This document shows, piece after piece, positions 29,812-40,128 of a stretch of 64,000 nt of DNA. The position numbers were made by a program, and so were the translations under genes. The stretch comes from a virus, in the IMG/VR virus record IMGVR_UViG_3300046167_000744, positions 10,373 through 74,372 of that record. One strand, given 5' to 3'. The notes under the pieces were generated by a model. The model ran no database searches. It saw nothing but the letters and a program-made list of their open reading frames with translations, and was not told the origin of the DNA. Every line of letters starts with the position of its first letter. Position 1 is the first letter of the stretch.

Positions 29812-30324
29812 ATGGCAAACGGAACTCAACAACAACTACGCTCTATCAACGGGTCTAACGCTATCGTGGAGATCGAGATTGAGGGTGAGACTCCTCGTGT
29901 TATCGGATACGCCACAGGCGTGACTGTTACTGAGGCTATCGCTCTCAACCGTATTGACGTGTTAGGCACTATCGACTCTCAAGATATTGAGCCTATCGGT
30001 CGCATCGTGTCAGGGTCTATCGGTATGATGCGAATGACAGCTAACGGAACTGATGGAGGCGGTGCATCTAACCAATCACTAGTCCCTACGCATGCTCCTA
30101 ACGCTGATGCAATCGCACGAACCAAAGACCTTATGGACTACATGACAAAAGGCTTCAACCTGGTTATCAAGGACTCCTCGGACTTCGCTGATGATAATGA
30201 GGTTAAGACCCGTTATACGATTATAGGCTGTCGTCCATCATCTCATAGCTTCGCACTTAGCCGTGGTATGCTCATGGGTGTTAACGTGACCTTTGAAGCG
30301 TTGAAGCTCGTAGAAGAAAACTAA
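29812..30324 (+). CDS. Tail tube protein
   Basis: Follows the sheath; IGYATGVTV...VLGTI...IEP, C-terminal NVTFEAL. Confidence 0.85.
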   Translation: MANGTQQQLRSINGSNAIVEIEIEGETPRVIGYATGVTVTEAIALNRIDVLGTIDSQDIEPIGRIVSGSIGMMRMTANGTDGGGASNQSLVPTHAPNADAIARTKDLMDYMTKGFNLVIKDSSDFADDNEVKTRYTIIGCRPSSHSFALSRGMLMGVNVTFEALKLVEEN

Positions 30325-30401
30325 GATACCCTTGCTAAACTCCCTGTGATGCTATAGTATAGAAGCAGTCCTTTTAACTATATCATTACGGGAGAAGCCC
30401 T

Positions 30402-30911
30402 ATGGCTCGTAAGAAAACCAATCTAGACCTTAAATCATTGGCTGAAGAGGCAACGCAGGAAGTTATTGCTGCTAACGCCGAAGAGATCTCACCTGTTGAT
30501 GAAGAGAGAGTCAAGCTCACACCTCGTGAGATCTCATTTAACATAGACTATGATGGGCCTGATGGTGAAGACCACTCAGCTGTTCTTACGTCTAAGGTTA
30601 TGGATGCTGATGGTAGGCTGGCTAAGGCCCGTGTAGTCGCACAGCTGACTCGTGGTCTAAATCCCGATAACCTCGGTAATGAGGATCGCTTTAGAGTAGA
30701 TGCGTTAGGTCGTCTATCTGTCCAGCTTATTGAGCCTCCAAAATGGGTCTACGACTTTACAGGTCAGGATCTAGAACTGCTTATACACCTCAATGGTATA
30801 CTAGTGGAGCATGAAAACCGTTACTTTCGCTCAAACGCTCGACAGGGTGAGGGAGGCGAGATCAAGGCCAGAGTTCGGTCTACTGTCTCCGCTTTTGAAG
30901 AATCAAAGTAA
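30402..30911 (+). CDS. Tail assembly chaperone (G-like)
   Basis: Lies between tube and tape measure genes; acidic; PKW motif; contains TAC TTT CGC. Confidence 0.7.
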   Translation: MARKKTNLDLKSLAEEATQEVIAANAEEISPVDEERVKLTPREISFNIDYDGPDGEDHSAVLTSKVMDADGRLAKARVVAQLTRGLNPDNLGNEDRFRVDALGRLSVQLIEPPKWVYDFTGQDLELLIHLNGILVEHENRYFRSNARQGEGGEIKARVRSTVSAFEESK

Positions 30912-31137
30912 TACCGTTACTATAGATAATCTCTTCGATCCCAGTAATGTAGAGCTGGCTTTATACCTTTTACCAGAGGAGGCTTGGAAGTCTGTAGATA
31001 AACCTACTATACTCCAAAGAGATGATGGAACTTATGTAACTGGCGACCCTTTCTTTGACGAGTTGGAGGAAGCCCTATCTCAAGGAGAGAATCTAGATGG
31101 CATCCTCAAACGACTCAAACTCTCCACCGAACAGTAA
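30811..31137 (+). CDS. Tail assembly chaperone extension (T-like; +1 frame overlap)
   Basis: Overlaps the previous ORF by 101 nt in the +1 frame; TGDPFFDELE motif. Confidence 0.6.
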   Translation: MKTVTFAQTLDRVREARSRPEFGLLSPLLKNQSNTVTIDNLFDPSNVELALYLLPEEAWKSVDKPTILQRDDGTYVTGDPFFDELEEALSQGENLDGILKRLKLSTEQ

Positions 31138-33783
31138 GTTTGGTGGTATAAGCACAATATCGGCCCCCATAGCCATACCTAGACCTGGATCTGCACCCAT
31201 AGGTGGCAATCCATCTTTAATGGCTGATGCGTATCAGCGTCAGGGAGTGCCTTTAAACATGGCATCTACCGCTGGAGCTAGTGGCTTCAGACCTGTTGAT
31301 ATGGCCAGCTCTATTGATGATGCGACAACTCAGGGTAGCATGTCACCGCTTCACGCTGCTCAAATGCTCGCACAGACAGGGACTATCACTGCACCTCAGT
31401 TCAACACGCCTCAGATGCGAAGGCCTTCTGAAATGCTTGCACAGGCAGGTGTTTATGGCCACCCTCTTTTCCAGCAGCGAGCTGTAGACCAAATAGCAGC
31501 GGAGCCTGCTCAGTTCGGAGCTAAAATAGCCGCTGTAGACGACCCTGCTAGACAGAGGCAGATGATAGGTCGAGAGGTGCTATCGGCTAATTATAATGAG
31601 CAGTTTTATTCTAACTACGGTGTAGGTAATCCAAATCAACACATAGCAGCACCTGTTGCTTCCGCTATGTATCATGATGAGTTTAACGACGGCATATTAC
31701 AGGATATGAATCAGCACTTTGGCAGCTATTCATCGGTAGCTGGTCCAAATCAGGGATTGTTTGAGGGAGGCTCAGGACTCAATAGGCTAGAGCCTACAAC
31801 GGGTTCTTTACTAGACGTGACAGCCGCTCAGGCTCTGCGACGAGCTAATAAAGAGGCACACCGCAAAGGCGGCGAGCTAGATCCAAGTATTGGGTTTGAC
31901 CAAGCTCGTCTAGCAGTAGCCTCTGCTGCCACGAAAAGCAGGTGTTGATCCTTTAATACTTAACAACCAAATAGCGGTAGGTTCTGGATCAGCTAAAACA
32001 CCTTTAACGAGAGCTGAGATGGAGGCTTATGGAGCTTCCCTCGACTACGCCGCACCTGTTCTATCCAACTCTAATGCTCATACTATAGATATAGCGGCTG
32101 GATAGGCAGGGTGTATCTGTAGACGCTGATGGTAATGTATCCACGGTTGGGTTTGGAACTACCGCTGGAGATAAAAGCAGGAGCAGCGCTGCTGCTGATC
32201 AGTCACTTGAGAAGAACACAGCTGCTCTCAATAAAGTAGCAGAAGCTCTAACCAGGTTCAGTGGCGGCGGTGGTGGCGGCTCGTTACTACTAGAAGGTCC
32301 AGGTTCCACAGGTGGTGGAGGCGGTGGAGGTGGTGGCGGCGGTCCTGTCGCTCAGCCTGGTCAGCCTCTAGGGCCTATACAGCCTGGTTTCGCACCTCCT
32401 GGATCTAGTCCGTTCCGAAGGGGTATGGGCATAGCAGGAGGTCTTATATCAGGTATGTTCGGGGGTCAAGCTACTGATACGGACACCAGAGGAAGGCGTA
32501 TAGCTAAAGGTATAGGTAGAGCTATACCTGTCCTAGCTAGAGGTGCAGGGGCCGCCCTGAGAGGTAGAATAGGAGGTGACCTAGCGTCAACACTAGGTTC
32601 AGTTCCAGGCTTCAGCCGTGGCTTTGAGGGTATTGGTACATTCGGAGGGTTTGCGGAGATGGGCGCTAGTGGTGAGCTGCCTGCACTTCAAGCATCCGAG
32701 GCTTTAGGGCTAAGTGGATCATCAGGCAACTTCCTAACCCAGCAAATGGGAGGCGCTATTGGAGCTGGAGCTGATTTCGGGATATCAGCAGAGCAGATGG
32801 GTAGCCTTATGCTACCTCTGGCTCAGAGTGCTGGTGGTGGCATGAATGTAGGTGATGTCACTAGCTTCACGAGAGCCTTCGCAGGCGGTGAAGATGTAGG
32901 TGGTGTAGCCTCTCTTATAGGTCAGCAGCGTCAAGCTGGATTCAGAGGCAATAGAGCAGCTGAGTTTAACGCAGCTAAAGGACAGGGGCTAAGGGGATCG
33001 GCGGCTACTGGTTTCGCATCTAACCTGTTTGGTGCGTTCAGAGGTGTGTCTGCTGGATCAGGTATTCAGATGGACAGGCTGAAGACAGAGGGACGCATCT
33101 TAGGTATGGGAGGCGGTGATATTGAAGAAGGCTCAGCTCGCTTCCAGCGAGGCATGGGTGTCCATAGAGGAGCTGTCAATCAACTATTCTCAGGATTCCA
33201 AGGAGTGTCAGATACGTTGCTTATGGCCGACGCTATGGGCAGAGCTGACGGTGACTTCTTGCAGGCTCAAAAGCTACTAGAGAGAGATCAAGCTCAAGGT
33301 GGAGCTATGGCTCAAAGAAGACTCATGGGTATGGGTATGGATAGACGCACCGCCCGAACCTTACTTGGGGGCCAACTAACATCTCAGGATCAACGAATGA
33401 TGGGACGTAATGAGGCTGTCGCAGGTGGTGACGAGTTTAACTTCAACGAAGCTACTGGTGGTAACGCTACCTTCATTAGCGGAGCTTTAGCTGGTCGTCG
33501 TAATGAGCAACTAGGCACGGTCTACTCTGAGAGAGGCCGCTCCACGTTCCAAGAGATACAGAGGCAAGAGAAGCGAGTAGAGAATGATCTGGTGAAGGGC
33601 CTATATGATAATATAGATGAGCTAGGAACCTTGACGGGAGCGGTTTTGACCCTTAACAAAACTATAGACGCTTTAGTGAAGCAAGCTCAGAAGCCTGTTA
33701 AGGCAGTAGCAGGTAGCAGCATCGGCATAGTGCCTGCAATGGGACTATACAACTGGACGCTTAGTCAGTTCGGCATTGAATAA
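31097..33783 (+). CDS. Tape-measure-like protein (about 890 aa), interrupted by apparent extra bases near 31935 and 32100
   Basis: Follows the chaperones; Gly/Ala-rich helical C-terminal half; open frames bridge 31948-32425 through a poly-Gly linker. Confidence 0.7.
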
Positions 33784-33795
33784 GGAGATACATAA

Positions 33796-35967
33796 ATGAG
33801 TGATACTGGAAAACCAAACCCTAACTCTGGGTTATCTCACGATAATCTACCACGCTTCCTACTGCATGGTTTTGAAGCTACGCAAGGGACAGCTGACGCT
33901 AGAGCTATTCCTTCAGCTGGTAAGATTAGAGAATACATCAGTGAGCTACCTCCGTTATATAGCGAGCAGGTGACGACACGGTTGAGCGACGGGACTATAC
34001 GAGAGCAGGCAAGAACATCTGTCGATTACGTTAAGGAAGGCTATTTAGGTCTGGACTTAAATGATGCAGATAAAGCCTATGTTAAGACCGATATAGACCA
34101 GTCTCTAGACCTGACTAAGTTTATGGTTAACTGTCAGTGGGAGACGACCACTACCGCACCCTATGCAAATGCTACTGCTGTATTCACGATGCCGAGTCAG
34201 TTAATACCCTTCTTATTTCACGGTGAGATCGCTGATCAAGGAGATGGGAAAACGCCAGGTTTCCGCTTTATTGAAGCAGGAGGCTGGGCTAGTATACGCT
34301 TCCCATATATCTTTGAAGGTAATAAGGATAAGGGTAAATCATATCGCACGGTATTCTTCGGTAAGATATTAGCTATCAATGTAAACACTAGTATAAATAC
34401 TACCTCAGTCTTTAACAGTGTAGTGTCGATCACGGTAGGCTCATTTATACAGCCTATAACACTCGGTGAGACTCGTAAGACCTATAAGCGAGCAGGGAAT
34501 ATCTCACAGATAGATCCTGGAGCTATTGGAACCTACGACGCTGAGCAGAACGTGATTCTAAAAGGGCTAGTCAATCAGATGCGTCAGATGCGCTCAGGGG
34601 CGAATGGCGTGGATATGTATGATTCACTACGCTACTTTATTAAATCCTTCGGACATATGGAGGTCCCGACTGATCTAGCTGGCAGGGATAAGTCACTAAA
34701 GAAGCCGCAGCGACTAGGTGATAACATCCATATAATGGGTGAGTATCAAGAGACTACTGTCGGCACAATATACTCGGCTAACGCTGCTGATATAAACACT
34801 ATACAGGGTAGACCTGAAGAGAAATACTTCGCTTCAGGGTTCATGAGTAACGGCACCACGATGTGGGGCCTAATCCAAAGTATGTTCCAGCCTTCAAGCG
34901 AGCTTATAGAGCTATTTCCAGTATTAATACCTCTCTCAGAGTCTGGTGAGGCTATAGGTCTGGCCGCAGGTGCAGGCACCAACTTGGTAGCTCCTACCGC
35001 CCAGGAGTATATAAACGACGATATAGTCAACTCACTCCAGGCTGTATTGTATATCATGTATAGATATAAGCCTATGCCACCTACCTTCTACGGCGATAAG
35101 AATAGTGTAGATTCTAACAATCGACGCAAGGCAGGATTGCGCCCCAACGTAGTTGGCGCTAAGACTAACCATCATAAGTTCTTCGGAACACATAACACCG
35201 TAGACGTATACTCAAGAGCCACTGATGAGAAAAATCCTGACGGCACCGCTGTTACGGAAGAGAAACTAGAGGTAAACGACTGGAGTCCTGAGTTTCTATA
35301 TCTAAACGAAGGTCAGGTCACATCTATGGATCTAACCTGGTCTGATGTAGATCGCTTTAACGCTGTCAACATGAGCCTTCCTCATGCGGAGGGTCAAACA
35401 GGTAGTAATCTGCTATTCGGTGTAGAATGTGTTCCTGTCTTCAATCAAGAGGATATTAATAGACACGGGCTACGCATGAAAAACCTGCATACACCCTTCG
35501 CCTCTAGCGCCACCTCTGAGCATATAAAAGCGTTCAACAGGGACGCTTCATCAGGTATGGCTGAAAGGCTATACTATCTAATAGGTGAGGGTCACGCCTA
35601 TGGTCGAGGTCAAATCAACCTGGTATACACACCTAACCCTAGTCTCACTGCTGGCGTTTGGTGTCAGACTCACTTTATGGCGACGCAGCCTGGTGGCGAC
35701 GCTCGCATAACGGGATCAGGCAATCCCAATTCCCTGCGATCTAAACCATTGACCTACTACGTCACAGCCGTTAGGCACACCGTCTCGGTAGATCCCACTA
35801 CAGGCATGCCTTCGGGATACACTTCCTTAACCGTGGAGCGAGCTAGTTACGGCAACCGCATACCTGCATTAGCTCTAAACCAGGTCCCTCGACAAATCAT
35901 ACCTCCACCGCCGAAAGATACTAGGCGTAAAGGTCGGAGACGTAAAAATAGAAAGGTGCGACGATAA
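33796..35967 (+). CDS. Baseplate hub-like protein
   Basis: Follows the tape measure gene; INRHGLR, GRGQINL, YYVTAVRHT...TSLTVER resemble gp27/gpD-like hub C-termini. Confidence 0.65.
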   Translation: MSDTGKPNPNSGLSHDNLPRFLLHGFEATQGTADARAIPSAGKIREYISELPPLYSEQVTTRLSDGTIREQARTSVDYVKEGYLGLDLNDADKAYVKTDIDQSLDLTKFMVNCQWETTTTAPYANATAVFTMPSQLIPFLFHGEIADQGDGKTPGFRFIEAGGWASIRFPYIFEGNKDKGKSYRTVFFGKILAINVNTSINTTSVFNSVVSITVGSFIQPITLGETRKTYKRAGNISQIDPGAIGTYDAEQNVILKGLVNQMRQMRSGANGVDMYDSLRYFIKSFGHMEVPTDLAGRDKSLKKPQRLGDNIHIMGEYQETTVGTIYSANAADINTIQGRPEEKYFASGFMSNGTTMWGLIQSMFQPSSELIELFPVLIPLSESGEAIGLAAGAGTNLVAPTAQEYINDDIVNSLQAVLYIMYRYKPMPPTFYGDKNSVDSNNRRKAGLRPNVVGAKTNHHKFFGTHNTVDVYSRATDEKNPDGTAVTEEKLEVNDWSPEFLYLNEGQVTSMDLTWSDVDRFNAVNMSLPHAEGQTGSNLLFGVECVPVFNQEDINRHGLRMKNLHTPFASSATSEHIKAFNRDASSGMAERLYYLIGEGHAYGRGQINLVYTPNPSLTAGVWCQTHFMATQPGGDARITGSGNPNSLRSKPLTYYVTAVRHTVSVDPTTGMPSGYTSLTVERASYGNRIPALALNQVPRQIIPPPPKDTRRKGRRRKNRKVRR

Positions 35968-36806
35968 TGATTTATATAGCCACTATCACGGATATACATC
36001 TCAATGAAGACGGACTCGTTGTATTCGCAGCTAGCGATGAGGCTAACAATAGCTATTATCCCTGCGCTATGACTACACCACTCGGAGGCTACGATGGACG
36101 CTTTTCTCAACCTTCTCTGAAGGAAGGAACTAAAGTAGTCTTGATAGCTTACGGCACAGGTTACATTAGATCTTACTATGCGATCTCCTACCTACTTGAT
36201 CCCGAAGACAGCCTCGCCGTGAATGTAGATGGTGTTAGGACAGCTCTAGAGGCCGAAGCTGCTTCGGGACGCATGAGCCGAACAGAGCCAGACGTAGCAG
36301 ACGCTCGCACAGCCTATGATAAGAATACCGATTACGAAGGCTCTCATGTGGAAGACCTCCATATAGAGGTTCAAGATAGCTTTATGAATATCAGCACGGA
36401 GCATGGCTTGGTCCTGCAAGGTGAGCCTCGTGTATCTGTCCAGATCCCTGAAGATGCTAGTAGGTCTGCCTTTAGAGTTAGCGCTGGCGGTAACGCTAAT
36501 AACTTCGTGCTTAACGCAGCTCCGCATCTAAACAGGCTCTTTGATTACATCGGGACACTTGAGAAGAAGATCACGCAACTAGAAACAGCGATGAACTCAA
36601 TGGCTCCTGGCGTTGTAGCCTCTTATGAGGCCGCTGCCGCAGCTGCTGATCTAGCAGCACCTGGTAGTGGTCTACCAATAAGAGAGCAATCAACTACGAT
36701 GTCAACCGCTCTAGCCGAGGCAGCGGCACTAGGTCCCTTAACACCAGCTACAGAAGTTCGTGAGCAATCTGATCAAGATGTTAATGCTTATGTTATTATA
36801 CCCTAA
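35967..36806 (+). CDS. Putative central spike / gpV-like protein
   Basis: OB-fold-like N-terminus (PSLKEGTKVVL); follows the hub gene. Confidence 0.55.
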   Translation: MIYIATITDIHLNEDGLVVFAASDEANNSYYPCAMTTPLGGYDGRFSQPSLKEGTKVVLIAYGTGYIRSYYAISYLLDPEDSLAVNVDGVRTALEAEAASGRMSRTEPDVADARTAYDKNTDYEGSHVEDLHIEVQDSFMNISTEHGLVLQGEPRVSVQIPEDASRSAFRVSAGGNANNFVLNAAPHLNRLFDYIGTLEKKITQLETAMNSMAPGVVASYEAAAAAADLAAPGSGLPIREQSTTMSTALAEAAALGPLTPATEVREQSDQDVNAYVIIP

Positions 36807-36828
36807 ACACACTTGAGGAGATCATATC

Positions 36829-38697
36829 ATGGCTATATTAACTACAATGAAGGAAGAGAAGACGGACGGCGGCGGCTTTAAAGTAGGCGATATGCTACCT
36901 GGAGGCTTCACTGATTTCTTACTAGAGTCGGGCGCTCTGCAGATAGAGTATTTCTTAGAAGAGAAGATCGGTCAAAAATCTACTCTAGTGCCTCTGCCTG
37001 CACAGCCTCAGAATGTATTGGTGCGTCGTATATATTCTGAGAATCCCATCTACACCTTTGAGCAGAAGTTTGCTTACAGAGAGATAGCTAAGCCTCGTAT
37101 AGTTGAGGTGCAGCTCCAGGGACAGACAGGCAGCAGCCTTCGTTTAGGTCTAGATGAGAATGGCCAAGTGACTTATCAGAAAGGCCCCCAACACCTTCAG
37201 AACTTTGAGAAGTTCCTAGATAAATATCACTTCCATGCAGCTAGTCACGCCACACCTATAGTCTACTCCATCCAGTCTGTTCAGAACGATCTCGATTATG
37301 AGAGTCGTCCCTACCTTATCTTCAGAGGCATTAAAGAGAATCTGCATGGGCGTTGCCATATTACAGACTTCTCTTATCAGCGCTCAGTCCAGCAGCATCG
37401 AATAGAGAGCTATCAATGGGCCTTAACCCTACGCATCTACGACACTGCAGAGGCGGATGATCCCACACGCTTTGAAATGATGAAGAGTCTCGATAAAGCG
37501 ACCAACGCCGTCAATCAGATCACAGGGCTTTCGGAGAGTCTTCAACGATCCTTCCAGGCAGGCTTCGGTCAAGTATTTGGTGGTGTTGGTGATGTATTGG
37601 AGTCCGTAATAGGTCTATCAGCGAGCGTAGGCAGAATAGACAACACCGTATATGGCTCACTTGCCCTGGTTACTACGGCTGTAGGTAAAGTGATATCGGC
37701 TTTCGACGCTATAGGTAGCCTCGTTGATGGGGATGCGTATCTAGCTGACTTTGATCAAGCGGCGGATGGCTTCACTAAAAGCACGGTAGATAACTGGCAA
37801 CGTAGGAAGTTCATTGAGGCTGTTACAGCCGACAGGAGTAGGTCTAGCACGGATCAGTGGAATAAGGCACCTGGCACACCTAAACTAGAGGTGCAGAGAT
37901 TGGCGCTTACTGCGAGTGAGCTACTATACCAGTCTTGGTTACTTCTCGGACCTGTAGGTATGGACTCATCAAACCGATCACTGACAGATATCCACGGATT
38001 TCTAGGTAGAGAGTATGGTTTCTCTGCGCTCGCTCTGATGCATGCAGATAGACAGTATACACCTGCGGCGGATCTGAAGGATAATGTATACAACATCAGC
38101 TATGAGATGCGTCCAGGGCAGAGTCTGCTCACTCTAGCTAACTCTTTTCTAGGGAATCCTAACCGTTGGAATGAGCTTGCATCTCTGAATGATGCATCTG
38201 ATGCCTACACTAAATCTGACGGCACCCCCTTTCAGGCTGGCGATACTATTTTCATCCCAGCAGCTATCGGTGATTACCAGGGTCAGAACATTGATCTAAC
38301 TAAGAACACCGATGCAGAGGCTATCATAGGAACTGATATATCTTTTGTGAATGGTGATATCTTCTTTAGGAACGAGGATATAGGTGTGGTGTCGGGCGCT
38401 GATAATCTAAAGCAGGCTATAGAGATGAGCCTGAAGACAGCTACCGAAGAAGTTACTATGGATCCTAGATATGGAGCTAAGGTAGCTATCATAGGCTCAA
38501 AGATTAACACCATATCATCTGCCCTTATCGCCACCAGAGTTCGTGAGCAGTTACTTAGAGACAGTCGTATACTCGACGTTATTAACTTCTCAATCGAGCT
38601 AGATCCCAACTATAGTGATACTCTAAATCTTACCTTGACCTGTGTCTGCATAGGTCAAAATGATATAGTAGTAAACACCGACTTACCTACAGGCTAA
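36829..38697 (+). CDS. Tube-initiator/LysM-like plus gp25-like baseplate fusion protein
   Basis: YEMRPGQSLLTLANSFLGNPNRWNELASLN...GDTIFIP (LysM-like); GADNLKQAI...PRYG...LLRDSRI (gp25/GPW-like). Confidence 0.75.
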   Translation: MAILTTMKEEKTDGGGFKVGDMLPGGFTDFLLESGALQIEYFLEEKIGQKSTLVPLPAQPQNVLVRRIYSENPIYTFEQKFAYREIAKPRIVEVQLQGQTGSSLRLGLDENGQVTYQKGPQHLQNFEKFLDKYHFHAASHATPIVYSIQSVQNDLDYESRPYLIFRGIKENLHGRCHITDFSYQRSVQQHRIESYQWALTLRIYDTAEADDPTRFEMMKSLDKATNAVNQITGLSESLQRSFQAGFGQVFGGVGDVLESVIGLSASVGRIDNTVYGSLALVTTAVGKVISAFDAIGSLVDGDAYLADFDQAADGFTKSTVDNWQRRKFIEAVTADRSRSSTDQWNKAPGTPKLEVQRLALTASELLYQSWLLLGPVGMDSSNRSLTDIHGFLGREYGFSALALMHADRQYTPAADLKDNVYNISYEMRPGQSLLTLANSFLGNPNRWNELASLNDASDAYTKSDGTPFQAGDTIFIPAAIGDYQGQNIDLTKNTDAEAIIGTDISFVNGDIFFRNEDIGVVSGADNLKQAIEMSLKTATEEVTMDPRYGAKVAIIGSKINTISSALIATRVREQLLRDSRILDVINFSIELDPNYSDTLNLTLTCVCIGQNDIVVNTDLPTG

Positions 38698-38707
38698 GGA
38701 GTTATTC

Positions 38708-40126
38708 ATGCCGTTTTTACCTAAATCAGCCAGCGATATTCTGCGGCAGCTTACTATGGCTGTGCAGGGCAGGAGCAAGCTGAGTGATATAAGCCCAGGT
38801 TCGGGCATTATGATATTATTACAAGCATTTGCGGAGGAGCTAGCCTCTACTGAGCGCAGAATGTTTACCGTCCGTGAATCATTCTTTATGAATGGTGCGA
38901 CAGGTCTAGATTTAGATCGTCGAGTGGCGGAGCTTCCTCCCGTCGGTATAGCTCGCATAGCTCAAACCAACGCATCAGGGACCGTGCTAACAATGCGTCG
39001 TGATCCTGCTGACACCGCCGAGGCCCTACTTATACCTGCAGGCTCTGTGGTCCAATCTGAAGAAGGCACTAGATACAGGACTACGGTAGACGTGGTTATG
39101 GTTCAGGGTGATTCAGAGGTTGAGAGTGTCCATATTATAGCTGAGTCTGGTGGTAGTGGTGGCAATGCCGCTATAGCTAGTATCAATCGAGTAACATCGG
39201 CACCTGATCAGATCATAGCCTGCACAAACACTCAGCCTATCAGTAACGGTCTTGATCGAGAGACTGATGTAGACCTGCGTGACAGAGCGATGAACTATCT
39301 AAAGTCACTCAGCCGTTGTCAATCTGCAGCTATTGAGTTTATGGCTCGTAGCTTTGTATCTACTGAAGGTGAGCGTTATCCATATGCTCGACTCTACGAA
39401 GATCCTGAAGTGCGTGGCTTTTGTGAGTTGGTTATCGACGACGGTAGCGGAATCACTCAAGAGTCTTTGAGTAGACCAGGGCAGACCATCGTGACTACTA
39501 TATCTGATGGTGGATCTCGTGTGGCTTATCATGAGGCCCCAGCTGTTAGTCCGATGACACCTGATAACATCATCATCCATGTTGGCGGTGATCCTAATAC
39601 TCAGATCCGAGTAACTGATATCAACTATACCTCTCTACATGAGCGTGGCGTTATCTACTTCAAACCTGGAGTCGTTAATCCTGGCGATAGAGTTATCATT
39701 CAAAACTACCGAGTGTATAGAGGTTACGTTCAAGAGCTACAGCGAGAGATCGAAGGCGATCCCTCCAGCCTTGATCGGATTACGGGCTTCAGAGCTGCTG
39801 GGACCCGTGTTGTTGTGACTACCGTTACACCTCAGTATGTCACGCTAGATATAGCGCTGACAGCTAATCCTACAGCCGATTATAACGCAGTGGAGTTCAT
39901 CGTAACCCAGAGTATCGAAGAGTATATATCTAGGCTGGCTCCAGGTGAGACACTATTTATATCTCAGCTGATAGATGTTACTGTAAACTTAGAGGGCGTA
40001 GCTGATGTTCAGTTCTACAAACGTAACAGTAGTGACAGGGCTGATAACATAGATACTTCGTCAGCTCGCCATGCCTTGCGTGTTAGGGCTGGATCACTTC
40101 AAATCACAACTTCAAGTAGAGGTTAA
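38708..40126 (+). CDS. Baseplate J-like wedge protein
   Basis: ATGLDLDRR, G.GGN, NGLDRETDVDLRDR, RAAG, L.PGETL, EGVADV. Confidence 0.9.
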   Translation: MPFLPKSASDILRQLTMAVQGRSKLSDISPGSGIMILLQAFAEELASTERRMFTVRESFFMNGATGLDLDRRVAELPPVGIARIAQTNASGTVLTMRRDPADTAEALLIPAGSVVQSEEGTRYRTTVDVVMVQGDSEVESVHIIAESGGSGGNAAIASINRVTSAPDQIIACTNTQPISNGLDRETDVDLRDRAMNYLKSLSRCQSAAIEFMARSFVSTEGERYPYARLYEDPEVRGFCELVIDDGSGITQESLSRPGQTIVTTISDGGSRVAYHEAPAVSPMTPDNIIIHVGGDPNTQIRVTDINYTSLHERGVIYFKPGVVNPGDRVIIQNYRVYRGYVQELQREIEGDPSSLDRITGFRAAGTRVVVTTVTPQYVTLDIALTANPTADYNAVEFIVTQSIEEYISRLAPGETLFISQLIDVTVNLEGVADVQFYKRNSSDRADNIDTSSARHALRVRAGSLQITTSSRG

Positions 40127-40128
40127 TC

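Noticed and set aside
11396-32425. Stop-codon reassignment as the cause of split genes
   Set aside because: The breaks need frame changes rather than read-through, and most genes are long and intact under the standard code, with all three stops in use.
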